Shown: positions 49,701-63,200, counted from the stretch's first letter. The stretch: 64,000 nucleotides of DNA from Amphiscolops sp. MND2022 (GCA_964187785.1 OZ076420.1:45880001-45944000); one strand, 5' to 3'. Program-made: numbers and translations. The notes: generated by a model from the sequence alone, not told the origin.

Positions 49701-51708
49701 GAACGATTATTGTTAGTTGCTGGGAAATTTTTTCTAGCATCAGTTTTCACAAAAAAAAAGATTTTCATAAGTAGCGCTGTGGATTCAGAAAGTAGATATG
49801 TGAAAGCGTGATAGGCTGAAATTGCTGTAGGTTAAATTTGTGAACAGATTAATCTAAGTGCGGTTGATTTGACAAAGGTTGAAGTTGTATAGGTTGAAAC
49901 TGCAAAGGACGAAATGTATGGATATGCGTCAAATAGATATGTGAAAAAAGTACGGAAAAAAGCTTTTGGGGGCTCTTGACATGTGTAATTGCAGTCGATA
50001 TTTGAGTATGTTGTGAAATGGCATTACCGAAGAAACCCATGTCCAAAGTTATTCAATATAACGAATTGAGTTTCAATTGTTTTTTTTGAACCAGTAGTTA
50101 ACAACCCGGGAACGGCCCAAGTTGGCGCATCGCTCAAGGTTCAAAAGTGTCAAAATTCTTGAGTATGCAAGGGAAACTTTTGTCAAATTTTTATCAAATT
50201 CACAGTATCAAGAAATAACAGGAGTGATAGACATAAGACCGATTTCTCCTTACCGCTTTCCCTAACTTGAAACATAAAAAAACTGCGCAATTTTTCAAAA
50301 GACAACTTTTTTCGAACGGTTTTTCTCGGCAAAAGTCCCGTAGTTCAAAAGAAGGAGCTTTGGGCCGTCAAACGCTTTTTTTTCAGACCAAAAACATTAA
50401 TCAAAGTGAAGGGTACCCTTTGACCAAAAGAAAATTGTTTTGAAAAAAATGCACAGTGTCGAAAAAACAGGTTTTTTTCACGATCATGGGGAAAACGCAT
50501 CATTTCCACAGGATCAAAAGAACAGTTCGAAAAACGTCTTTAGTCGCTGAAAAAGAGGAGCCATTTGGCTTTCTTGTTATTATCCAGTTTTTACAGAAAA
50601 TCAAAATAACCAAAAAAAGAAAAAAAGTCTCACAATGCCAAAAAAAGTAAAGCTTAAAGAATTATGGTCACCAAAGGCGGTACCCTTTGGTCGTACCAGA
50701 GATTGTTTGCTGGTAAGGTGGGAACGCTAGAGAATTTCTGTGAAAGGTGGAACTTTCAGTGTGAGAAAAAATCAATCACTGTAAGAGTTGGGCATTTTTT
50801 GTTTAACAAAAAGTGCCGAATAAAACCGGTGATCACATGCTTCTACAGGAACATGCGGAGCAAAACTTTCAAATCTAATACAAGAAAAGCAAATATCAAC
50901 TCCATGTAAAGGTTTCACATGAAAACCGAAGACTGTATTTATTTAATCATTCGATATACCATCATTAACGTAAAGTTCACGGACGTTGATTTTGCTGACA
51001 ACTCAATCGAAAAATTGGTTGAACTGAATCCAAAAAGATTAAAGCACTTATAATATTTTTCATCATGATTCTAATATTTGGCACTTTCTAATGAGCTTCT
51101 CACAAAGTCGACCAATATACAGTAGAAGAAAACACAGTATAGAAAAGGTCAATTTTAGGCACCATGTGAACCAACTCGAACTTTTTATGACAACGTCTAA
51201 ACATAGGACAGACCGTGAGCAATCCAAGGCACTTTTCTTTGTTTTGAACAAACTTCTTGTTGCATGATTTTTGGCAAGTTATTAAATCAAAAAAGACAAA
51301 AGAACGAGGCTGACACTTTTTTCATGCTCGAAAGTTATAGTCAGAGCTGAAAACAATTTTCTGACGTAACAACTTGAACTGCTTCTCACTGCTTGATGTC
51401 TCTGGAATTCCAACGTTCGATGATAAAATAATATCTAATACCTCAAAAAGACACAAAAAAATGAAAGACCTCATTAAAGTAATAGCGCTTGACAAGATTC
51501 AAGCCTTGAGAAGCAATTACATTTTATGGCAATTTGAAAAGCTTAAGATTTGGTTGTTGCCACGAGAGATTGCACGTTGATGGTTTTCGATGCCAAATTT
51601 TATAAGTATTCACCTTGGCTGAAGTTTCGAAGCTCGGTGTTGAATATTAATTATAATTCATTATTTTGGTCGAACCATTTTTGAAAAGTCACTTTTATTA
51701 GTACCAAA

Positions 51709-54700
51709 ATGAGAAGTCTCAGCTTGATTTGTGTGGTATTTTTGGCTGTGGTTTTAGTCGCAAATGGTAAGTTTCTTCAAATTAGACTTTGATGAAAAAT
51801 AGGACTTCCATTATCAGCTGGGCAATGTTCTCGAAACTACGATTTTCATCCTCAGTTAAATGGGCGTGTTTTTTCAAAGAAAATAACGTATTTTAAATGT
51901 TAATGCTAAATAAAAAACCGTTGCAAAGTTTGAAATAGTTTAACCTTGAACCAGCAACTTGTAACTTTGAAGCCACCGCTTCGACCCGACGCTGGCTTCA
52001 CTACTTGATTGTAACTCTGGTACCGTAGCTTGACAATATTCAAGAGAAATCGGCATGGAAAGATTGTTACTTTTGTCAAACTCACAGACGATAGTAATAG
52101 ACAAGGTCAACTTTTCAAAAAATCCCACAAAACACACGAACACACTTCGTCAACTTACCTCAGTAAAATTTTGAACTTCGTTGGTGTTTTTTCTGAACAT
52201 AAGTGTTTGAACTTCTCGCTTTAAAAATGAGTAAATCTCAACTTCAATTTTGGAACCATGTCTACGCATGCATATTTTTAACCATGTGTGCTCACAAAGT
52301 TCCCAGGTTGTAAAAGGGGTCTTGAATTAGAATCAGAAAAAAAACTTGATCCGACTTTACAGTCATAAACAGGTCTTGTTTATATATAACTATATTTATA
52401 ATAACTGCTCATCAGTTAACTTATTTTCTTCAATCATTTAATTAAATAATTGGAATATATTCTAACTTTTTAATGTAGGATTCAATTTCTGATACGCGTT
52501 TTGATTGCTATGAGTTGTCGCTTGATATGAGTTGTCGCCGTACGGACTCATTCATATCTGAAAAATAAACTCTCAATATTCCAACCGAGTTTACTTTGAA
52601 ACCTACAATTATTCAAAATATGACTGTCTTTTTTCCACGCTTTTTCACAACGCTCGAAAAAAGGCATACTATTTTTGCTGGAAGTGCCAAATCAGCTGTA
52701 GAAGTAGTCCTCTAAGTTTTTCTAACCATATTAAATTTTTATCCGTGAAATATATGTTTTTTTCAAGAATTAAATGTGCTTTCATGAGGGGGAAATATGG
52801 TCCAACAAGAAGAAACAAAAGGATCGGGGCTTTGAAATTTTTAAATATTGTTACCATTTTGATATACGTTTTTCAGCCCACCCAAAAAATGAACGGAGCG
52901 AAGAGACACGAGCTCTTTACAGCAATTTCAAACGACACTTGAAGGAAGCAATGCGTGAGTAAAACATTCATTTATGAAGCACATGGACTGAGTTCAGTAA
53001 AAGTTAATCGAAGGGGTCACATGGTCTTATATAAGTAAAAGTATATAGTATTGAACAAAAAAGAATATTAAGAAAAGGTTTGTCTTAGTTATGTTGAGTA
53101 GTCGAACAGAGAGTTTTCATTATATGATAAGAGATTTAGTTGAATTGAATTGAAATGTCTGTTCCTATAGAATAGCTAAGCTTTAATATGGGCAATTGTA
53201 TCGTTTTTCGCGTTCAGATCGTTTTTTTTGCAACCGTTAAAATTTTTTGAGACAGGAATTTTTGTTAGATGCGTTTTTTTGTAACTTTTGAGCAGAAAAA
53301 TGTAATCTTGCAAGATTCTCAAAATGCATTTTTTCAACAAGAGCTTACAAGAATTCTTGTAAGAATTTCGCAAGAATTCTGATTCTTGTAACCAAGGGAT
53401 GATTTGCTGAGAGGTTTCAGAATTTCTGCTGGGTACTCTTTGCTTTAACTCAGAATTCAAATGTTGGACTTTTTTGGACTACAATTCTATAAGATTGCGA
53501 GTAAAGATTTAACAAGTTTTATCATTTAGGATTATTGTGATGAAGTATTTCAGTTTCTAAGGGTTACATGTCAGAATCTCCTAAGTTAAAGTCCCCTAAG
53601 TTAGAATCTCCCAAGTTAAAATCTCCAAGACCCAAATCTCCTAGGTCAAAATCTCCTAAAATTAGAATAAAAGAAACTCATGGAAAAACAACTCATCAAC
53701 TTAATTGAAGCGGAAAGCTGTTCGATTAAGAACAATGGCTAACCTCGTTAGTTGTGGAGCGTGAGAAGAATAGGCGTCACAATAAAACTGAAAGCGTATT
53801 GAAAATTGACTTAGCGTTAGCAATAATATTTATCAACATGTCACAGAATCACTTTCAATTTTAAAGGGTGACACTGTCAATCATCAAAATACTATTATAT
53901 CGAACTTGCTCAATTCCGATACTTTGCATTGCCGAAGTGTCAACCATCGCAATAGACCTCAATGACCGCAATTGAGTTAGAAACCTCAATGTGTTCAAAT
54001 ACAGATTCTTTTAAGGTCAAATGCAGCCGGAACCTCAAAGTACCAAACAGAATGCTTACTGCTGGTCGTTCGATTCCAAATGTTTTCATACATATGCCTG
54101 TCGAAATTGTGAACTCTTTTTTAGCTATATATGTTCCTTCAAATGCTGCGTAGCATCTCAAAAGAAAACAAATAAGTAATTCTTCGACGCTGAATAGCAT
54201 CTGATTTTCAAACCTAATTGCAAACCTTCAATGTTTCTGACGCTGTATTTGCTAAAAGGGAGTCGAAATGTCTTGTATTGGGCATTGAAAGTTGCGCCTC
54301 GAGATTTTGCGGCGATGTCTGTTGAGTGTTCTTGTAATGAGGTCTTTTTTGGGATGGAAAGCTGCAGTGGAATATTATCAGTAACATTTTCCAAGCTCGT
54401 CACAAATGCATCTACATTTCTTGTATATACGAGTTTCTTTCATGGCCCTGACGAGTTTTCTTGCTTCGGTTTCCCCAAGGCACGAAACGACAACAGTGTT
54501 CTTGTGGGTATTTGGTGATCAAATCACCGCAAGTGATAACTGTCGATCGGCATTTGAACTGCCTGTTGTTGCGACTAATCCAATGGATGGTTGTTCTTGT
54601 TTGTTGTTTTTTAGTAAATTGTTTATCAGGGTATCTTTGTGGATAAGGGTACCTTTATCTTTGTTGGAGCGACCGATTTCGAAATTCATTATGCAGACAA

Positions 54701-56143
54701 ATGTTAATCGAAATAAGCAAGATTGTTGGTAATTTCGGTATTTTCACACATTTTGGTGAATTCAGTCTACCATATATAATTATCAATTACGTTTTCGTCA
54801 CCTTTTTTTAATGGCGTAAATGAGAACGGCGTGGTGGTAGTTTTAATTACCTTCACTCATTAGTCAATTATGCAATAATCTTTCAATGACTGTCTCAGCT
54901 ATTAATGCTTAATCAAAGTTACTTTCACACTATGAAATTCAAATTAGGAGATTATGAACTAGGAGATTTAGGTCTAGGATATTTTAACTTAGGAGATTTT
55001 AACTTAAGAGATTTGGACCTGATACCTTTCTGAGTATCTCAACGTCTTAGCGTATCTTTCACTTTTTTCTTGTCATCATTTGTTGCATGGGAAAACGGGA
55101 TATTATCTAACGGGATAATGTCTAAACCAATCCGATCACTCAAATTGACATGGATGAGGCATTGGTCGTGACATGTTGTTGTTACCCTGTGATTGGTCCA
55201 ATCACCTGATTGGCTTGGCCACAGTTCTTAAACGAAGTTTTGTGGGGTTGATTGCTTGAGTCGTTCCATGATGTAATCATGTCAGTCCTGATTAAAAATG
55301 CTTCTTCACTCGCATTGGACGAAATTGTTCAATATTTTCAAAATAGATGGAAAATCATTTTGGTATCTATGTTGATTCAGGCAGTCTGACGCAATGGCAA
55401 ATTTCAAAAAAAACAGTAATATAATCGAGAAAGTTTTGATTATAGAATTGGGAACATTTCAATCTTCAAACAAATTTAGTTCAAAAATGATAGAATTCGT
55501 TGAACAGAAACAATAAAAACTAAATCGCCGGACATTTTTTGACAAAATACCGATTGGAGAGTATACGAAGCTGTGAAGGCCATTGAAATGAAATGGAGGA
55601 AAGATTTTCTAACTAGCTCATCGTTCATTAATGATGTTTTTCTGGGCGATTTGGATATTTGCAATTTTGGACCAACTCTTGATTTCGCTAACATCTGAAA
55701 GACAAAAGTGTTCTTCTATGAAAGCACAATCGCAACGTGATATTCATTCAATGTTATGACAATTCTAACACGTCGCCTAAAAATCCGTTCATTCAGGTTA
55801 TCCGTCTTTCTCTTTTTTGTTCACGTTCGTTCCAATTTTTGCAGAAGCGCGTCATCCCGTGTGGGCACAAAGTGCCAACGTGCAAGGAAATCAAAAAGTA
55901 CAGGATACAGATGATGATGACGATGATGATGATCACAAGGGTCACAAAGGTCACAAGGGTCACAAAGGTCATGACCGCGGAAAACACCTCGGTCATCAAC
56001 ATGACGACGACGATGAAAATGATGATGATCCCGAAGATCAAGAGGATGAAGATTTCGATTATGATGACGACGAACAAACCCCTAGTAGCTCGGAAACACC
56101 ATTGGGAAAAGCGATTGCTTTTTTGACAGAAGCACTTTCCTAA
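51709..56143 (+). CDS. Predicted secreted Asp/His-rich protein with (HKG)4 repeats, 144 aa; exons 51709-51766, 52877-52954, 55845-56143
   Basis: aaaATG AGA AGT...GCA AAT G|gtaagt (signal peptide MRSLSLICVVFLAVVLVANA); tttcag|CC CAC...ATG C|gtgagt; tttttgcag|AA GCG...TAA. All junctions are phase 1 and total 435 nt; AATAAA near 56175 and 56238. Extra internal exons cannot be excluded. Confidence 0.72.
53562..55026. mobile_element. Foldback-like element with inverted arrays of ~15-bp AAATCTCCTAAGTT units
   Basis: Array at about 53573-53665 is inverted relative to the array at about 54945-55020; flanks TTTCTAAG / TTTCTGAG (7/8 match, possible TSD). Confidence 0.6.
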
Positions 56144-58725
56144 ATTGGAAGTCAAAAACCATTCTGAGGCTACAATAAAGACAAAAAATTTGGATGCCCA
56201 AATTTCATTCAGCGCTTGTAAATACTGTGTGATGTCCAATAAAACTAATATCAAATATCAGTCTTTGCAAAATGGGAACAGTTTGTGATAACAGAATCTA
56301 TTGTTGTTCAGTTTTGTTCACAAGAAAAATAATGCCCCTGAAACCGGTTTGAGATCTTTTGGAACACGCGTATATTTGGCAAGCTTCGAGGGGAAAAGAC
56401 GTCATGAATTTGTCGTCAAAACTCGTTTTGATGATTCCAAATACAACAAACAACTTGAAAAAAAGTTGGCTCCATTATTTTCGTGCAACTTCGTAAGCGC
56501 TTTCTGATCAAAATAACAATACTATGACAAAGCTCCAATCGGCGCTTCACTTGAAGTTCGAAATTCTAATAAAAATTTTTAGCGGTGTAAATCTCAACAG
56601 TGAAATTTTTTGGTTTTCGGAAGAGCTTTTGAAAAACTGAAACAAAAGCAAAAGAATACCTTTTGGCGAAATCAATAAGACACCCGCTGAACAGGGGACT
56701 ACTATACGAAGACAAATTTTTGAAGCTGAATAAACTACAAACTTGGAAAAGAAGTTTGAAAATCGTTTTTGTTCTTTCAATCTTTTAATATTAAATTTAA
56801 CAATCTGCTTAATTTTCTGACTATGAGTAGGCTAAGTAGCTGTTTTGTTGTTGAACTTTGGGAACTCTTGGGCCAGCGTTCTCGGAAATTTCAATGAACT
56901 GAAAATTGGAATTGTATTTGAATATCATATCTATGAACTATTAAAGTTTTCACTGGCGCAAATCAGAAATGGTTTCCAGAATCTTAGCATTGGAATTCAA
57001 CAGAGACAAACAAGGAATGTAAGTTTTAATATTTGGAATTTTTCGGAAAAAAAGTATATGCTAGACTCACGAGCAATAATACTGATGAACGCATTACGTA
57101 AATGGGGTGTATTACCTTCGAATAAAATGATATGTGAAAAGGATGATAAGCAGTTTGAAAAGTGGTATCACCAAACATCGGATCTCTATATTTTTGGAAA
57201 TGGGGACCTTACGAAGCTTATCTACAAGTAACCGAAAACCCTGGGGATGTTTTACTTTATCACAGGATCCAATTTTTCAAAAAAGGATCATTCATTTTAT
57301 TGCTCTACCACACACACAAAAACTATTATTGTTGAATAATAAGATTCCCTCTTGAAAAGCTAGTGCTTTTAGGGGTCCTTTTCAGGGGCTTCTTTGTTAA
57401 TTCGTTTTGTTTAATTCATTGTCTGTCATTTATGCCCTCTGATAAAATGAATATTATTTCTCTTATCAAAAAATATTCAAAAATTGTAAATCAAATGCAT
57501 AAAACAGCTGAAATTTTCTGATTGAACCGCCAATAAGCAGTTCTGCATTTTTGAGGTGGTTCCCAGTCAGAAACAATCTGCCCATGCCAAGGTACGCGCC
57601 ATATTTGCAGTCAAGTATTCAAGCAATCGGCTTGAAAATGTGTTATCGGAGTGACTAGCTTAACGTCACCGATGATTGCTCGTTGTTGCTTTTTGCAAGT
57701 GTTTTTTTGTCCGCCAAAATTTTGTTTTGTAAATGCACTCTGCTAAAATAGGGTTGAGGAATTTCCTGAAGGCCCAACAGTTGAAGTAAAATTGAAATGG
57801 CAACTTTCGACATTTTTTGTTTGCAATTTACTCAATATTTTATCATCTCATTTTTACATCCCAAAATTGTTGAAAACAAGCCGGAACCGGCCCAAGTCGG
57901 CGTCATATCTAAGGCTCAAAAATAGCAAAAGGACTTCAAAGTGTCAAATTATTCTCTTCTACAGTACCTGAAAAACCCAAAAGGTTGAACCTCTTTGGGA
58001 TTTTTCAAAATCCATTCTGTGGTAAAACATCAAAAGATTGAAGGGGAACCCTTTGAGGAATTTTTTTTCGAAAAAAATTCTCACAATGCCGAAAAACTGA
58101 AAGGGGGACCCTTTAGTCTCTCCCGGTATTGTCTGTTACGCGGAAAGAGGGAAAACCTTTTTGATCAGTTCGTGTGGATTGAAAAAATGTCACTATAATA
58201 GTGGCGTTTCACTTCATGAAGCGCCGACTAAAAAGCAGTCAAAAGTTTCCTTTCTTGTATAAGAATTGCCCAGCACGACAAAAGTTGAGTGAAATTCATA
58301 ATTTTTGGGAGAGAGTTTTCATTCTAAAAAGTGGATAGTTAATTGTTCAAAAGATGATCTGTGATTGTTTCAACTGATGAAAACTTTAACAAATTGAACA
58401 AAAATTGCAAGCAAATTGTCAAAAAATGAGAAATTCTGGAACGTTCGGCTTTTTTTCGGGTATTTTTCATACCAACTAGAAGTCCAATTTCTAGGGGAAC
58501 TGGATGGTTGGTTTTTTCGAAAAAAGATAATGTATTAAATATCACAGAGCTGAAAAAAGGTGCAATTTGGCCTCATGCAGTTTGAGCAGAAAAGTTGAAC
58601 AGTCGAAAAGTGGTCGTTCGGATGATATTTGGATCGTCGGCAGCAAAACAGTCTTAAAAGTGGATAATTAAGCGCCGGCTTTGTCATCTCGACAAAAACT
58701 AGTTGTTGGCACAAGATCAATACGT

Positions 58726-58932
58726 TGTTGCGCGGGAGAGCAAAACTTTGTTAAGAAAGAAGAATATATTTTTGAAAGCACTGCTTTTTGTTGAGTGAGT
58801 GAAAAAGAGTGATTGAAGCATGAACAATAATAAGAACAAGCGGTAAAGCATTTAGTTAACCATGAATGAAATATGACTAATTTTAAAACAACATAGCATG
58901 AAATGATGGAAATATGTTTTAGGCTTTCAACA
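58726..58932 (-). repeat. Putative 3' LTR (207 bp)
   Basis: TGTTG/CAACA inverted termini; no second copy in the window. Confidence 0.5.
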
Positions 58933-58973
58933 TCCAGGACACCTTGAATTTATTCAATATTTTAAGATTCAAT

Positions 58974-59850
58974 ATGACTGAATTTGTTGATCGTGATGCC
59001 AATCGTTCAGCTTCTGGACGCAGTAGACGAGTTCTTGAGTACTCTTTCGTGAATCCCAGAGAAAATAGGAGAAGTTCAATTGTCGCCCACTTGCCGTCTT
59101 TCAAGGATCTTGTTACAATTCTATCCAATCCAGAGCGGAAGTTCAGCTGTGTTCCAGTGAGAACCATTGAGGAAGTATGGGATAACCCTTTGGAAGTGGC
59201 TGTGATTCAGACACCAGTAGTAGAATTGAGTGACACTGATCTGACCTATTTGAAAGAACTTTCTTTTGATGATATTCCTTCATCATGGGGAGGTCTGAAT
59301 TTTAATAACTGTGACGAGAGCCCTGCCCGTGTAAAATCGGGTGTAAAAATTCAGTTCCCTTTCACTGTCGATCCTCGTTTGGATGCATCAGAGCTAATAT
59401 TCGAACGTCTAGGAGACTTGATATTCGTGGAGAAGTCAAGCTCCCGAGCTTTTCACCATGATCTGGAGGAAGAGGGCCATTCATTTGTCACACATCTCTG
59501 GGAGAAAACTGTGGATGTTCTGTGCTTTGTCAAGTTTGGGTCAAGAACTCGATCGAGCAGCAAGAGTAAGAAGAACAGCACTCTCTGGGACTATTCGCCT
59601 ATTAGACAGTCTTAAGCCAACCAGAGCTAAGCAGATTTTTTGGACTATCGTTGAGCCGGGTTGCACTATTTATTTTCCGTATGGTTTTCTGCATTCAGTG
59701 TGGACTGAAGTAGAGCAAGCCAATTGTAGTTGTATTTGCACTGTGGAGCGGAACATATCAGATGAATGGTGTAATCGTCAAAGAAAATTGGCTTCAGACA
59801 GGACTGCTGTGGGCAAGAGCCGTAAAGGGTATAAAAGCAGTACAGAATAA
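58974..59850 (+). CDS. Intronless JmjC-domain (2-oxoglutarate/Fe(II) dioxygenase) protein, about 290 aa, one frameshift near 59490
   Basis: Joined translation ...SSRAFHHDLEEEGHSFV(T)/HISGRKLWMF...TIVEPGCTIYFPYGFLHSVWT gives the JmjC H-x-D, G-x-K-x-W and PG...P.G..H.V motifs; AATAAA at 59881 and 59934. Confidence 0.88.
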
Positions 59851-60223
59851 CGGTAAGCATGAAACAAGATTGTTAATTTTAATAAATCGTAACATTGGAA
59901 TGCAGCGAAGTGTCAGCTAGGGTTCATTCGATCAATAAAATCGAATAACATGGAGTAAAATCATAAAATTTTGATTTCAGACTGCTTATTTTCGACTAAA
60001 ATGATGTAAAATTCTCTGTTCAATAGATGATACGTCGAAATGCACAATATTAAAGGACTTCAATCCATATCCATGCTGAAGAGGAGTGTATTTACAAGCG
60101 AATGAAGGGGTAAATAGTACTGAAAGGTAAAATGGGTCACTTAGGGCAACTTTTTGATGTAGTTGATTGTAGTGACCTTTGAATTTATTATTATTTTTTG
60201 ATAATCATTTTGAATAAGACTTT

Positions 60224-63200
60224 CTAAAGATTCGGTGAAGTAGTAGTGTCGTATCTATTGATAACAGGATCCAGTGGGAGCTTTCGTAACTTCGCTACTG
60301 GTCTGACGCAATTCCCTGTAATTGTCTTTAACTCTGAAACTCTTGAAATACCATCATTACCTTCGAAAAGTTTGACAACTCGACCAGTTTTCCACATAAG
60401 TGGTGGCTCATTGTTTTCAGCGATTAAAACCAAGTCACCTATAGCAAGCTGTGGACCGTTAATGAACCATTTTTTGCGGACTTGGAGTTCAGTTAGATAA
60501 TCGCGCTTCCACGATTTCCAAAAATCTTGATACATCTTTTGGAGTAATTTGAATCGCTGATTGCTATTGATGAATATATCTTCTTGTGGTAGCGAAATCA
60601 TGGAATCACCTATCAGAAAGTGCCCAGGAGTAAGAGGTGAGAAATCATTAGGGTCATTGGACATTGGGAACAATGGTCTTGAGTTAAGAATTGCTTCTAT
60701 TTGGTTGATGAAAGTCAGCATTTCCTCATAATTCAATCTCTGGACTCCAACAACACGTCTCAAATGGCGCTTCATGCTCTTAACTCCTGCCTCCCACACT
60801 CCTCCAAAGTGAGGTGCACGTGGAGGAATTGTTACCCACTCAATTCCTTGCTGGCTCAAATACATTCTCAACGATTCACTTTGGTTAGATTTACCAAGGA
60901 TAGCTTGTATCAGATCGTTTCTTGCACCGATAAAGTTGCTGCCGTTGTCACTAATGATCTTCTTGGGTTTTCCTCGACGAGCAACAAAACGTTTCAGAGC
61001 CATAATGCAATCTTGCTTGTTCAAACTTGATACCATTTCGAAGTGAATGGCCTTTGTTGCCAGACAAACGAATACTGCTATATAAACTTTCTGGATTTTA
61101 GCATCTTTAATCTTGATTGGACCTGCGAAGTCTAATCCAGTCTGAGAAAATGGTCGTGCTGGGGTAACTCTTTCTGATGGAAGGTCTGCCATCATCTGTT
61201 CGATCGGCTGAGATTGAAATCGATAGCATTTCACACAGTTACGCAATCTTTTGTTTACAGTTTTTCTTCCATTTATGATCCAAAACTGCTGTCGTATCGT
61301 GTTTAGTGTGAGTTGGCCCCCACCATGAAGCGTAGTTTCATGAAAATGATCGATGATCAGATTTGTGAGTGGACTTTCCGTCGGCAGAAGATAAGGGAAC
61401 TTTTTGTCTTCAACATAAGCAGACTGACTTAGTCTGCCACCAACTCGAACAAGGTCATGTTCAGGATCATAAAAAGGTGAAAGATTCTTGAGGGGCGATT
61501 TCTTATTTAGATCGTTGTTTTTTAATGCAGCGATTTCTTCATATAGGTGTGAATGCTGTTCTTGACGAACTAATTTAATCAGTGCATGTTTCCTGATTGT
61601 GACATCGGTCAATACTGATGTATCTTTGCTCACTTTCTGCTTACACTTGAAAATGAATTTGAGTACGTAACTGGTTATCCGAATTAGTTTATCGAGATTG
61701 CTAAAGCGTGTGATTGGGAGTATATCATCAGTTTCTGGAAACGTAACCCGACTTGCGTGTGACACGAGTTGATCAATCTTGCTGGTCACTTTTTGCGATG
61801 CCTTTCTTTTTTCCAACGTTTCTGCCTTGCTTGGTAAATGAATTTTCGGCCAACAGTCAGATTCTAGAGATAACCAAATCGGGCCCTGCCACCACTGCGT
61901 GGAGTTTATGAGTGTTTTGACTGAAACACCTCTTGAAGCTAGATCGGCTGGATTATCATTTGTCGAGCAGTGGTTCCAGCAGTCTCTTTTTAGTACTTCT
62001 TGAATTTGAGCCACTCTATTAGCAACGAACGTGTTCCATGTTCGTGGAATCTGTGCAAGCCATTGGAGAACAATCGTTGAATCAGTCCAGGCGTGAAGAG
62101 TCATCTGGGCATTGATTACGTCAAAATGTGACTTTGTGAAATTCAGCAATTGAGCTCCTAAGTGTGCACCACAAAGCTCTAAACGAGGCAATGAAACAAC
62201 TTTACCAGGTGCAACTTTTGTTTTTGACGTCAGGAGATGTACTGTCACAAATCCTAACTTATCCTTTGCTCGACTGTAAATAACTGTTGCATATGCTTTT
62301 CTGGCGCATCACAGAACATATGAAGCTGAAGTTCGATAAGTTGATTTTTGACAATCGGTCGCGGCAATTGAATTGTGTGGATTTCCGAAAGTTCATTGAA
62401 CTGACACTCGAAATCAGTCGCAATTTCTGGAGGCACGTTGTCGTCCCATTTCGTGCCATGTAACCAAATTCGTTGAATTAGAATTTTGAACTTGATTATT
62501 ACTGGTGACAGGAAACCATGTGGGTCAAATAATTTAGGGACAACATCGTTCTTTTTGTAAGATTTTGAGGTTTTTCTAAATCTGTAGTGAAATAGAAAAT
62601 ATTTTGTTTGGTTTCCACGACATCCCCAGTGCCTTCACTTTATAATTTTCTGAGAAAATTTGTACTTCATCAGCCGATTCTCTCAGTTCTGCAGGTATTT
62701 CACGAATCAAATTTGGATTATTTGACACCCATTTTCGCAGAGGAAAACCGTACTCATTAAGTACTTCACAAAGCTTGTGAACTAGAATTCTAGCCTCATT
62801 TGTAGAATTACTGCCTCCGAAAAAGTCATCAACATAGAAACCATGCTTTATGTGATACTTGATTTCTTCATCAGATGTTTTGTCTGCAATGTCAGCTAGG
62901 CATCGTGTAGAATGAAATGCAGACGATGCGATTCCATACGTAACACGAGTCATGCGCAATATCTGGAGTTTCTGACTTTCATCGTCTCGCCAAAGTATCC
63001 GATGAAAATTTCGATCAGTTTCATCCAATGCTACTTGTCTGTACATTTTCGCGATATCGGCTGATAGTGCAATTGGGTATATTCTGAACCTCATTAAAAT
63101 GGCGAACAAGTCATCCTGTATCGTTGGACCAACCATGAGAGCATCATTTAGAGAAATACCACTAGAAGTTTTTACAGATCCGTCAAAAACTACTCTCATT

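Noticed and set aside
55737-56254. Alternative-frame ORFs (MMMTMMM/VTKVTR and the hydrophobic minus-strand ORF)
   Set aside because: They are shadows of the (GAT)n and HKG-coding repeats; only the Asp/His frame fits the strong acceptor at 55844 and the upstream exon phase.
58726-58893. Shorter alternative LTR ending at CAACA 58893
   Set aside because: The adjacent minus-strand sequence is not PPT-like, whereas the 58932 boundary is preceded by ...CCTGGA|TGTTG. Neither can be proven without the 5' LTR.
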